Source: Amoebidium appalachense
Lineage: Eukaryota > Protista > Ichthyosporea
Reading direction: 5' to 3'
Length of the DNA stretch: 64,000 nucleotides
Assembly: GCA_963693365.1 (NCBI GenBank)
Contig: CAVNZM010000006.1
Span: 7,047,264 to 7,111,263 of the forward strand
The position numbers were made by a program, and so were the translations under genes. Below, one piece after another: positions 43,806-55,650 of the stretch. Each line of letters opens with the position of its first letter. Position 1 is the first letter of the stretch. The notes beneath the pieces are model-generated. The model worked only from the letters and a program-made list of their open reading frames with translations, searched no databases and was not told the DNA's origin.

Positions 43806-45653
43806 TCCCCCTGCTCCTCGTACCCACCTCTCGACCTCAGAGCCCTGGTCGATTGCTATCTTGGCCATGCGCAGTGCCACTGGCCCTGTGCCCACACCCT
43901 GTTAGCCATTGCCCCCCGCCCCCCCCCCCTCCCCCTCCCCCTCCCCCTGTCCCTTACCGCTGGGCAGGATCTCCTGGGCCAGCTCGAGGGCCCTTGGGAA
44001 CGGGTCACCGTGCACGGCATAGTTGACCAGCCCTGCGCATGCACGTGTGTGTCGGTGCCGTGCAGCCACTCACATATACACATGTCTGGCCATGCACCCC
44101 ATCCTTCCCTCCACCTATCGTCTACTGCGCCACCCATCCACTCTACACACTGGACCACCTATCCCTCCCTGGGGCCACACCCATCCTCTCACGTCACCCC
44201 TATCCCTCTAGTGTTCCACCCATCCCCTCTACTGCCGCACCCCTCCCTCTCTAGTGTCACCTTCATCATCCCCCTTGACCCACCCATCCTCTCCCAAGTC
44301 ATCCTCTATCCACTCCCAAGTCATCCTGTATCCCCTCCCAAGTCATCCTCTCTCCTCTCCAAAGTCAACCCCATCCTCTCTACTGTCCCACCCCTCCTCT
44401 CCCAAGTCAACCCTATCCTCCCTCGTGACCCACCTATCTTCTCTGCCTCTGGCCCCGTCAGCACCCTTGCCGTGTAGATCAGCTCCTTAGCCTTGGCAAC
44501 ACCAATGATCCGTGGCAGCCGCTGCGTGCCCCCGGCCCTATAGGGTGGTTAGGGCAGAATGACTCCTGGCCGCCTGGCTCTAGCAAAATGCCATTGGTGA
44601 AATCCAGCCAATGCCTTGGCATGGTTTTTGATTGATACCGGTGCTCGCCACTCAGGCTGGCAGCTCATGATGACTGATCGCCATCCCAGGCAAACCAATG
44701 ATGCAAAACATGCTCCACTCATGAAGAGCCCCCAGAACCGAAAAGAATAAATTATCTCTCAGAAATGTGGTGTGCTTTGTTCTCTAAAATGCATCAGGGA
44801 ATTAGGCAGGGCTTAGCGCGTTCCACTTCCGCGGCTCAGCAAACTGGGATCTTGAGTCAAAAGATATCGACGCCAACCAATCAGGCATGCAGAACACAAT
44901 GCTCCAGATGATTTTCCGTCTCATACCACCCCAGTGTACCCAGCCAGTGCTCAGCCCCATGGCATGTACTGTGTGCACTGGGGCAGGCCACCTACCCGGG
45001 GATGATGGCCAGGCGTGTCTCTGGCAGCCCCAGCTTGGCCCCGGAACCTGCCCCCCATGAAACTCAGCATTTTACACCCATGAAACTGAGCACTCTGCCC
45101 CCATTAAACCTAAGCACTCTGCCCCCATGAAACTGAGCACTCTGCCCCCATTAAACCTAAGCACTCTGCCCCCATGAAACTGAGCAGTCTGCCCCCATTA
45201 AACCTAAGCACCCTGCCCCCATGAAACTGAGCACTCTGCCCCCATTAAACCTAAGCACTCTGCCCCCATGAAACTGAGCACTCTGCCTCCATTAAACTTA
45301 AGCATTCTGCCCCATGAAACTGAGCATTTTACACCCATGAAACTGAGCACTCTGCCCCAAAGAAGATCCGCACCCATTTCAGCCCTTTGGCCCCACCAAA
45401 TGCAGCACGTGCACTGTCGGATGCAGACTATAGATAGACAGCTGAGTGCATCGTGCCCCCCCACCCCCCATCCGCCACACACCTGAAAATCTAACCTTCC
45501 CCCCAAACTCCCCCCCCCCTCCCCCGCCAAACACACACACACACATGCACACATGCACAGCCACCCACCCATCCGCCACACACACAGGACAACCTACTCC
45601 TTTTCTCCCCCCTCACCTGCCACACACACTTGGCCACCTAAATTCCTCCCCCC

Positions 45654-45711
<58 letters not shown>

Positions 45712-46064
45712 ACCCCTTCCACTCCCCACCTGCCACACGCATGTCGCAGGCCAGGGCCATCTCCAGGCCCCCACCGAGTGCTGCCCCGTCCACAGCCGCA
45801 ATCGTCGGCATGGGCAGCGTCTGGGCACCCAACCGTCACTACACCATCCCAACCTCCCCCCCACCCCCCTCCCCATCCCCCCCCCCTGCATACCTCGAGC
45901 TCGCTGAAAGCACTGCGCAGTTGGTGCACAAAGGCGGCTACCTCGGGGGGACTCATCTTGGCTCGTTCCTGGGAGGCATGTCAGAACCGGCCCGAAAAAA
46001 GAGACACACGTGCCTGCGGGCATGCAGGGGCATGCAGACACAGACACACCAACGTGGTTGGTAT

Positions 46065-46107
<43 letters not shown>

Positions 46108-46141
46108 CGCGTGCGCGCGCACACACACACACCCACACACC

Positions 46142-46197
<56 letters not shown>

Positions 46198-47265
46198 TCC
46201 ACACCTTGAGGTCTGCCCCAGCACAGAAGACCCTCTCCACGGAGCTGCGGAGAATCACCACCCGCACAGACCTGCAGCCCAGTCAGCAGCCACACAGCCA
46301 CATAAATAACTTAGCAGCCCTAACCCCCAGGGGGGAGCAATGGCGGCAGGGGCCCAGGCCATTATGCCAGTCAAGAGACAAAGAGTCCTGATCAAAAGCT
46401 AAAGAACTTTTCAGGTAGTTTCTCCAATCACTTTAGACTTGCAGGTGTGTTTTCGTGGTGCATGTGTGCTTGTGTGGGGTCTGTGTATCTGTGTGTGTTT
46501 GTGTCTGTGTGTGTGTGTGCATGCGTGTGCGTGTGTGCATGTGTGTGTGTCACGGTGTGTGTGTGCGCGCCCATGCGTATGCGTGTGTGCGGTTGCCTGT
46601 GTCACCTTGGGCACCTATGCACCACCTCCACACTGTAGCTTTTAAACAAACCTCCGGCTCAAGAGCCGAAGTTGCTTCCCGATACCCACCCACATACATA
46701 CATAGGCCTTTCCTCCTTCTCCCCCCCCCCCCCCCCCCCAAATATACACACACAAGATACAATCTTTCCCGCTATCATTCCCCCCCCCCCCCCCCCCCCA
46801 ATAACGCCTCACTCCATCCCTCCTACCCCCCCCCCCCCCCCCCCCTTCCCCACACACACACACACACACACGTACGGGTCAAAGCGCAGGTCGTCCATAG
46901 CAGCTCTCAGCTGGCCCAGGAACTCCTTCCCGAGGGCATTTTTGGCCTCGGGCCTGTTGAGCGTCAGCACGGCCACCCCTGCAGCGCCCTGTCAGCGCCC
47001 CCTACCCCCTACCCCCCACCCCCTACCCAGCCACATACCTGCGTTGGCTGCGTCAAGCCGCTCAGACAGCACCTGTGTCTGGGCAGAGTGTCAGTCCCTC
47101 TACCCTCCATCCCTCCCTGCCTATGCACGTACACCCAGACGGACACTCACCTGGGCAGTGGCATAGCCGCGCCACACACAGCCTGCCTGGGGACATAGTC
47201 AGCAACTGCAAGGTGCACAGGGACACAGGCACACAGACACAGACACATGCACGCACACACGCGCG

Positions 47266-47359
<94 letters not shown>

Positions 47360-47365
47360 TACACA

Positions 47366-47401
<36 letters not shown>

Positions 47402-47502
47402 CCCACAAGCAAACAAGGAAGCACAGATGTCAAAATGAACACAGGCTAGCATGCACACATATGCGCACACGCACACACGCGCGCGCACAAGAGATTGAGA
47501 GG

Positions 47503-47535
<33 letters not shown>

Positions 47536-47887
47536 GGGGGGGGGGGGAGAGAGAGAGAGAGAGAGAGTGTGTGTGTGTGTGTGTGTGTGCGTGTACACAA
47601 GCACGCTCTTGCACCAGCACCACCACGACTTCAGATGGGTAAGCACAGGCACGCGCGTACACACTAGCACACATGCGCGCACGCAAATAGACTCACCTAA
47701 ATAGACTGACACACAAATAAATGCACTGCGCACGCACACCAATACTCACGAACACACGCACCCTGCTGGCCAGAGAGAAGGCATAGAGGGACACGGGCAC
47801 CAGCTACAAGCAGACACGTACCAAGTTGACTTTGGCAGCGGCACGCACTGTGCGGGCAGCAGGCCGCAGGAGGGTCAGCACGGACAT
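43329..47887 (-). CDS. AUH: Methylglutaconyl-CoA hydratase (crotonase family), mitochondrial, multi-exon
   Basis: Presequence-like [19 protein letters not shown], then [116 protein letters not shown]. The small N-terminal exons are uncertain. Confidence 0.92.
45049..45360 (-). repeat. 23/24-bp alternating tandem repeat resembling the adjacent 3' splice site
   Basis: Plus-strand units gcactctgcccccatgaaactga / gcactctgcccccattaaacctaa. On the minus strand each ends ...atggggcag, like the true acceptor. Confidence 0.85.
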
Positions 47888-48586
47888 GTTGGCGGTGGGG
47901 TGGTGGCGCAGGTGGGGGGAATGGGAGGCAGTGTGTGTATGAAAAAGTGTTGCACCTGTACTGCCAGTGACTGTTCAGCCTGCAAAAGTACAAATGACGA
48001 CCATGTTTTTTTTTTTTTCTTCTTTAGGGAAAACTTACCTACTATATATGGGCATGCAAAAGAACCTTATAGATCCCCAAATTTCACAGTTTCCCCTTTT
48101 CTCGATTTCACTCTTATTCGCTGTAAATTGGTTACAAAGAACGCTGTTTTTGTTCATTAATGTGTAGTTTTTTACCTATTAAATACTATATAAAATTTCA
48201 TGTTTCTATATCTAGTTTGTAATAGAATAGAGACTAGTTCTTTTATGTGTTTACTGCAATAACTGCATTTGATGGCTTTTAGAAATGCAGATTTGCCCGA
48301 AACTCTACTGATCTAAGGGGTACTGCCTGTTCCCGCGCTTGCGATTAATGCACCAATCAGCATTTATCAGCGTAGCCTTATCTGCCCAATAGCCGGCAGC
48401 CAGGCTCGGTGCCAGTGCCCAGCCCGGCAGCGAGCTTGCACACCACTTTCTCGGCGATCGGATCAAAAATGGGACCAAGACCCATTTTTTTGATCATGCG
48501 CACGCCAGCGGCAGTCTAGTTTTTTTTTTTTTTTTGCGACACTTTTATGAACGTACACTGCAAAAACACGTTCGTGTCTTAATAAA

Positions 48587-50678
48587 ATGGGTGTCGATGA
48601 CTTCTGGAGGTGTTGTGTTGACTATGAGTACTGTTCTGCGCGCCGTAGTGTAGTTGCGAAGGAGGAACTGAAGAGCTCTCGGGTGGGAATAGACACATCC
48701 AACCCCCTGTTACAGTACGCTGTTTGCACAGGTTACTCGGTACCAATCTGTCTAGCACAAGCAGGGATAGAAGCACTACCTGAAAAAGTAGTAACTGACA
48801 GAGTGACAACTGTTGCCAAAAAGCTCCAGACTATTACGGTTGCGACCATCGTTCCTTTTTGTGTTTTTGATGGAAAGAAACTGCCCGGTAAAACGAGAAG
48901 GAATAGAGATGAAGAAAAGGCAAGCAATCTACGCCTCGGCGTGGAAAGTTACAAAGCAGACAAAGAAAGGAATAAAAATCAGTACACGAAACATTTCAAA
49001 GCCGCCCTTTCCATACCAGACAAAGTGACAGCTGCCGTAATTGCGTACCTGAGGGCCAAAGGGTACAACTACGTGGTGGCCCCCTTACGAGGCCGACTCG
49101 CAGCTTTTGTATTCGCAGAAAACAGGAACGATCGAATACATTTGTTCGCTAGAGAGCGATATGCTTATCGCAGGAGGGGATAAAGTGGTTGCTGCGTCTG
49201 GCATGCTGAGTGCATACAACGCTGCAAGCTACGGCACTATTGTGTTGCGGGAGGACCTGTTGGGCAACAACGACCCACCCCCCCCGGGTGCAGTTTAGCC
49301 TGCAGGGTTGGACGGATACTATGCTACGACGGTTTGGAGTACTGGCAGGGTGTGACTATTTCAAAATGAAAAACGTGGCAATAAAGAAGGCACACCAAGT
49401 TGTTTCGGCTCTGGGAGAGTCTGTCGCAGACACGGACAAAGTTCGGGAGTTTTTGGGTAGGGTACCTCAGGAAACCAATAGAGGAGAGTTTCAACAGTGA
49501 GTTCGAGCGCGCGGAATCTTGTTATTTGTACGGGTTCGCGTTTGACATGGAAAAACGAACGTTAGTGCGTTTGAATGCTGTACCAGACAGCTTTCCTGAG
49601 CACCTCCTGTCTGGCACTGGGGACGCCACGGTGTTCCAAAACGATGAGTATTTGTTACGGCACGTACAGGGGTTGATTAACCCTCACACAGGGGAGGACC
49701 GGCAGGCAGTTATGTCTGTTGAGCGCAGTATAGTAGTTCCAGACGCCTCGCAGGATGTGAATAAGGCGTTAAGGCAAGTTGGTCTCCCTGCAGACGGATG
49801 GGAGTATGGTGAGAGGCGGCTACATGGAAAGATTCCCCCAGTTAGTATGGAAACAATCGTTGACTACTTGTATAGGGATGAGTTGCGCCGGGGAGAGGTG
49901 GTGAACGAGAAGGCAGCAATGTTGCGGTGGCTGAAGGAGGAGAGGCGGAGTCTTTCTCACGACCGGCTGGATACTTTTGGGTTTCACTACGGCAGTATTG
50001 AAAACGAGAGAGAGGTGGGTGAAGGAGCGGAAAAGAAGAAACAGAGATTGCAAGGTATTAGGCTGAATATGCTACGTAGCATGGAAACGGGGCACCACAT
50101 CGTTTTTGTGTCGTTTTGGGTAGAAGATGCAGTGCCTAGTTTTGAGGTGGCCAGTAATGCTATGTATTGTGGTGAAGTTAAGGAAATCAGCACGGCATAC
50201 TGCTCCTGCAAAGCTGGGGCCTCTCGTGACTGTGATCATGTTTGTGGTCTTCTTCACATCTTGCACATGATTGAGTTCCTTAACTCTGAAAAGCTATTGC
50301 CTTGTACAGCTGTTCGGAATAGCTGGTTGGACCCAGGTGGGCCACCCATAAGCAACACGCGGCCCTTGTCTGATCTTGATTTTGCAAAACCACTGCTTAC
50401 CGGGAAACAGGAGAAACGGGGCTGGGAGCGCGAGGGTGCTGAGTCTCTTAAACTAGAAGCACCAGCCGACAGTGCACATAGTTGAGGAACGGTTGGCTAA
50501 ACTGAAATCTCTGGGTGTGTCCACTATGTGTTTCAATCCAGTGGTTGCAGCACAGAAGCTAAGGGAGGAGAAAGAGAGGTTGAGCTGGGCGCAGAAATAT
50601 TGTATAACATGTTCATTCGTGGTGGCCAAGAGGGGGCTCAGTAGTAGCACTACCCTTGTGATGTATGAACTACAGTGA
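48587..50678 (+). CDS. Exonuclease-1-like (XPG/FEN1 family) nuclease fused to a SWIM zinc-finger module; intronless, ~4 frameshifts (pseudogene or assembly error)
   Basis: Joined across frames: MGVDDFW, GIDTS, VFDGKKLPGK..R, VVAPYEADSQL, ESDMLI, GCDY, IKKAH and the Exo1-type tail FERA..Y..FD...LVRLN..GLINPHT. Then CSCKAGASRDCDHVCGLL..PCT...W..P (SWIM). Shifts at ~49082, ~49285, ~49452 and ~50475. AATAAA at 50698. Confidence 0.85.
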
Positions 50679-50830
50679 CTTAAAACCCTCGGAGAGTAAT
50701 AAAGGATCAAAGCCACAAGCTGGCTTCAGTAGTGATGCTGCCGTGCACTGGCTATATCCCCCCCTCCTGACCCCGTTTCAGTGGTGCACATCTGTGGGCA
50801 GAAAGAGGGAGTTAAACCTTTAAGAGAGAT

Positions 50831-50862
<32 letters not shown>

Positions 50863-50873
50863 GTAGTGCGTGC

Positions 50874-50920
<47 letters not shown>

Positions 50921-51095
50921 CGCGCGTGTGGAGAGCCTGCAGAGATAGATAGGCTCTGTCTGTGGGTTCGTGTGGGTTTGGTTGGGGGGAGGGGGAGTAA
51001 GGCAAGTCATGCTTGACGAGCTATGCTTGGACACAGTGTACATGACACTTGCTTCACGAGCTATGCTTGGACACAGTGTACAAGTTTAGGCTTTA

Positions 51096-51457
51096 CTACT
51101 CGTCTTGTTTTAGGGGTGGCTGAAACCAGGTCAGCCTAGCACAAACATCAAAGATATCATCGAGCAAATACAACATAGAGATGGGGAAAGGACCCCTCAA
51201 TATCTTAAACTCTTTGATGCGCCTGATTGCACGCTCAATGTGAATACGAACTCTAGTCACCCTGCGGGTAACTTAAAGGCCTACTTGCTCTGCCGTGAAC
51301 TGTGCCTTATCCTTTTGTCTATTCTGCCTATTTTCTCAAACCACTGCTCTCGCAAAACCTGTCGTTTTGAGGAAGTAGCTTTATACTTGGGAATCCTTAC
51401 TGAACCTTGCCCTATTTTTTGGTTGCACCAGTTTGCGGCGCAAGAGCAGCCTGTCAT
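51096..51457 (-). pseudogene. Internally deleted ISL2EU transposase: THAP N-terminus joined to the DDE_Tnp_4 C-terminus
   Basis: From the ATG at 51457: MTGCSCAANWC..RIPK..RQVLREQWFEKIGR (THAP, truncated before its CxxH). After a junction near 51310, another frame reads KAQFTAEQV..TRRVTRVRIHIERAIRRIKEFKILRGPFPISMLYLLDDIFDVCARLTWFQPPLKQDE*, matching the Harbinger/ISL2EU C-terminal block with the third catalytic Glu. One in-frame stop lies just before TRRV. Confidence 0.88.
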
Positions 51458-51999
51458 TGGTACATACTGTGCCACAAACTACTTCTACTAAACGTGTTTA
51501 GCTCTGCAAAACAAATAACTACCAATTATAGAGGGGTAAGTGCCTAAAAAGTGTAGGAAACCCTGAAAAAACCGAGCGAGGTTTTCACGTTTTTCTTATC
51601 GGTTGGTTACCATAGGTGGTCTGATCGATCGGTTGGTCCCATTTTCGCGCCACCCGGCCCTCATATGATTGGAGAAAGTGGTCTATTGAAAGTGAGCCGC
51701 AATGCCGTTCTCTAAATGGGGTTTACACTAAATATCTAAAAGTCTGCAGAGCAGTTTAGAAACTGAATTATCGAGATCATAGATCGCAATTCTATTGGAT
51801 AAGAAATATTTAAGCGAGTTCCACGGACCAATCGTCTCATCCTAGACATCTGGAAGACCCCCCCCCCCCCCTCTTCCAGATGCGCTCATGTGGAAGAGGG
51901 TCGAAATCAATCTAGATTTGTGCAAACTTTAACATTTAATAAATCGATCGGATTGCGGAAATTTTATACGTAAATTTAACAATCTAGATAATTAGATCG

Positions 52000-52583
52000 C
52001 AGTAGGCCGTCGAATGTGGCTGGGCCTCCGGCAATGTCCACGCAATAAAAAGTGTGTAAACCCCAATTTAGATCAACGCGAAACGGCTCAGTAAAGCTTT
52101 TTTTCAAGAGAAACCCAAAGCACTGCTGGGTCCTGTGCCACGGTGGGGTGGGGCGTGTTCATGTTCATGATGATGCATTTTTCAGTGCCAGCTATGGCAG
52201 CCACCTGCTTGCAGGCTCCTGCTTGCTTGTCCAGCCTTCCACTGATACCGGCATGCAGCACACGATTATAGACGTGCACTTTGCTGCACTTTGCAGCATC
52301 GTGCTGGGCCACCCAGCCAGCTACATGCGCAAGGTCCACACGCTGAGTGGCACTCACAGGTGCCTGGGTGTTCATAAGTGCATTCGTGTTCTGCGCAAAA
52401 ATTATTTTTTTCAAAAACTCCTTCCTATTATACCGGCGGCCACCAGCCGGCCACCGCGCCTCAAGCGGCAGCCGGGAAGGGTACTTTGTTGGAGTAACTT
52501 GGGGAAGTTTATTAGTAGGGGGTTTACACACTTTTTATTGCGTGGACATTGCCGGAGGCCCAGCCACATTCGACGGCCTACTG
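52000..52583. mobile_element. MITE with perfect 65-bp TIRs
   Basis: 52000-52064 (CAGTAGGCCGTCGAATGTGG...GTAAACCCC) is the exact reverse complement of 52519-52583. Flanked by CG on both sides. Confidence 0.9.
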
Positions 52584-52679
52584 CGTTTTCCAGCACAGCC
52601 AATCAAATGCAGCCAGTGACATATGTACATGCTAGGCAACAATGAGCGCCATCGTAGGATCTGACACCCCTATTACATA

Positions 52680-53207
52680 TTATGGGTAAGCAGATGCTAG
52701 CATCGGTAGCTCCGACAGAAAGTTAAGGCACCGGATCACAATATCATACTGTGCAGCATTAATAAGGTGATCTAGGATAGTCATCTTAAAACGGATATAT
52801 TGAGGAAGAGATGAAGAAAAGAGAATAAAACCGCCAATAACCTCCGGTTCTAATACATTAGCTAACAGGTTGCATTTATTGATAGATATGCAGCCGCGAG
52901 TAAACCGCCCCCCACACATATTACACATACGAGCAGGAGACACCAGAAACCGATTACACCGCCAAGCCATAATCATCTTTGCGTTTTTACACCACACCAC
53001 ATTACGAATAAACGAATCTATGTATGAACGAGACTCTCTAACCGTATCCGCCATATAGGCTACTAGTAGTTGGTGTTTGTGCGGTCCTAACACCGGAAGG
53101 GACTCAACACGTAGAGTAAAAAGATATCTATCAGCCATAGACTTGAAACTATTCATATTCACACTATGATCTAGCCGTACCTCCGGGGGGGTCGCCAGCC
53201 ATTCCAC
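52680..53207 (-). CDS. Hypothetical intronless protein, 175 aa
   Basis: Non-repetitive ORF, more AT-rich than host exons, with a CxxC (CNMC). No family recognised. Confidence 0.4.
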   Translation of the reverse strand: MEWLATPPEVRLDHSVNMNSFKSMADRYLFTLRVESLPVLGPHKHQLLVAYMADTVRESRSYIDSFIRNVVWCKNAKMIMAWRCNRFLVSPARMCNMCGGRFTRGCISINKCNLLANVLEPEVIGGFILFSSSLPQYIRFKMTILDHLINAAQYDIVIRCLNFLSELPMLASAYP

Positions 53208-54051
53208 ATAGCGCTCGGCAATGGGCAGAGACGATGGGGAAGGGAAGAGGTACAGGGGCGAATCCGGCGGGGATGCGTGTAGCCGGAAGAGCGGGTGGTC
53301 CGGGGCACAAGCGGTTTATTAGTAAATTTTTCGTTTCGCGGGAAACCGATGCCCGGTTTTTCCGGAATAGCGCCAGCGATTTCCGCTGAAAATATCAAAA
53401 TCGACCAATTTGCGCGTCGATAGCGCGCAAGATTGCAGCATTCAGATCTTGCGGGGCGCAATAAATTTGGACCCCGCCGCCAAATCACATCCCGTACCTC
53501 GCCTTAAAGACACTCTGCATTACAACCAGGCACCAAGCTCGCGTAACTTTTCCTTTTCCTGTATGTAAACCCTGAACACTCTCCAACAGGTACAACACAA
53601 AGCCCAGGTTAGCTGGGTGCCATAACCATGGGCACGTGTTTGGCTGGATATATTGCAATATTTTTTTTTAAAAAAAATGTACAAAATACAACGCCCAAGT
53701 AAAACATCGTACACGTCTGACAAAAAAAATACTATAGGTAGTATGCAACTGTGCACAGTGGTGTGACAAAGATAGCGTATTCCACAAAATATCTACGTGC
53801 TATCACCTTGGGATATGGCCAGAGACACCTATGTCTTGCCGTGCTAGCACGTTGCAGGACTACGTAGCAGTTTCTCCATACAGCACGGGCAACGGCTACA
53901 TGAATGATGTGCAAATCCACACAGGGGCACTGGGTGGGAGGCAGTGCACGTGGCCTCCTTCTGCCCCTGCAGTGTCCATATATGGGCATACCAGTGCCCC
54001 TGAGCGTGCAGACACACTAACAGGCTGCACGTATTGGGTTGCCTTAACCCC

Positions 54052-55327
54052 CTACGTGCGGTGTTCTGTGCGTGGCTGCAGGGCCCACTGGCAGGCCAAT
54101 CCCACGGCATTGATCACCCCCAGAGTCACCACCAGCCGCCGGTGCACAGAGTTCTGCACACACGTGTCAGAGAGCCTCCTTGCCAACCCCCCTCCCCCCC
54201 CCCCCCCCCCCCCCCCTTCCCCTCTCCCTTCCCTTCGCTCCTCGCCACCTTCTTTCCGCAGAACACGCACCTTGTTCTCTGGTGGCAGCAGCAGCACGTG
54301 CAGCAGGGCCATCAGCAGCACTGCCACGTGCACGGCCATGACCAGTGCACGTGGTCTGCGGCCCACAAACACCACCACCAGCAGCAGCACACAGTTGAGG
54401 CCCTGGCTGAGGCCCAGCACCGTGTACTGCTGCACGAGATAGGCACGTAGGCCCCTGCAGTTGAGGGTCAGTGCCCTGGCCACGTGCTAAACGTGCTGGG
54501 TGGGGTATACATACGTAGATATACACTTGTGCGTGTGCGTGTGCGTGTGCGTGTGCGTGTGCGTGTGCGTGTGCGTGTGCGTGTGCGTGTGCGTGTGCGT
54601 GTGCGTGTGCGTGTGTAATATGTGTGTGTTTATAATAGTACTTTAACATCTTTTTATTTTATTTATTTTTTTTTGGTGGGGGAGGGGGGGAGAGGGGGGG
54701 TAGGTCACACACTGGGCATATGAGCAGGTGTCCAGGGCCTGACTGAGGGTCAGTCCAGGCGGCAGGTTGGCCACACGGGCGTTGCTGGTGCCGTCCAGCT
54801 GCCACGGCTCAGCCTGCGGCCACAATAGTGGAGGGTGTAGACACGCAATAAGGGGTGGTGGCAAGGTGGTAAGGGCAACCAGTCAGGCACCCCACAGTCA
54901 GAAAACCACAGATCTTTGCTCTCCACAGTCAGAAAACCACAGATCCACAAGCAAAGATTTGTGCTCAGGGTGCAAAAAGGCAAATCCTGCTGCTTGAACC
55001 CGCAAGACCGAACAGTGTGAAAGTAGGTGGGCTTTAATATGGCAGTCTCTGTGAGCACAGCACATGTCCCTTCCATGGCAACTCAGCGTTACGGTGTTTG
55101 ATGCAAAAGAAGACCAGGGAAGGGCGGCGGGAAGGGGGGGGGGGGGTGGGGGAGGGGGGGGGGGGGGGGGGGGAAGGGGGGGGCATCTGGAGCGCAGGTA
55201 AGGCTAAGGCGGTGCTTGCCTCTCCCCAGTAGAGGCCCAGCACAAGCAGGCCGCTGGCGCCCGACACAAACAGCGCCCCGTAGGACGCCCCCTTGCGGCG
55301 GCTGGTGCGGGGGGCGGGGCTGGCCAT
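54052..55327 (-). CDS. Hypothetical small multi-pass membrane protein, ~4 exons
   Basis: GC-rich exon blocks with host-like splice signals (first donor AG|gcaagc). Hydrophobic segments GALFVSGASGLLVLGLYW, LNCVLLLVVVFV, LVMAVHVAVLLMALLHVLLL and LVVTLGVINAVGLA. Confidence 0.6.
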
Positions 55328-55594
55328 GGCCGTGTGGTCGGTGGATGCGGTGGCTGGGTCTCAATGTGACACCCTCCCAGGGCCACTATTAGTACGGCTA
55401 CAGCTGCATACACACAGCACACTGTAGCCTCCTGGGACTGTACCCGCTAGCTTACATATAGGCCGGCCTATACTACGCTGCGGCTACATACGTTATATGC
55501 AAGGTATACATGAGAGAGGCCGCCGGAGACAGCACCACAGTGACTAAGCGCACTGGGTGTTTCAAGAAGAGCGGCTGAAAAAAGTGCGGGTGCC

Positions 55595-55650
55595 ACCAGA
55601 TGACGTCACCACATTTTGGCGCCAAGACGGGATTGCGAGCCAATCAGCGC
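55595..55650. promoter_or_regulatory. Putative bidirectional promoter core (CRE, E2F-like and CCAAT motifs)
   Basis: TGACGTCA at 55601-55608, TTTGGCGC at 55615-55622 and GCCAATCA at ~55639, between divergent genes. Confidence 0.4.

Larger units (their letters stand above)
48440..51684. mobile_element. ISL2EU-type (PIF/Harbinger-ISL2EU) DNA transposon, non-autonomous derivative with two convergent genes
   Basis: Bipartite TIRs: ACACCACTTTCTC (48440-48452) versus GAGAAAGTGGTCT (51672-51684, followed by AT), and AAAATGGGACCAA (48466-48478) versus TTGGTCCCATTTT (51633-51645). THAP plus DDE_Tnp_4 remnant on the minus strand, SWIM-containing nuclease gene on the plus strand. Confidence 0.85.

Noticed and set aside
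48587-50485. Host EXO1 gene
   Set aside because: It is intronless, compositionally distinct, fused to a transposon-type SWIM module and enclosed by TIRs together with a transposase remnant.
51810-53510. Kolobok-like TTAA-flanked ends around the orphan ORF
   Set aside because: The inverted similarity (ttaagcgagttcc versus ttaaggcgaggtac) is too weak.
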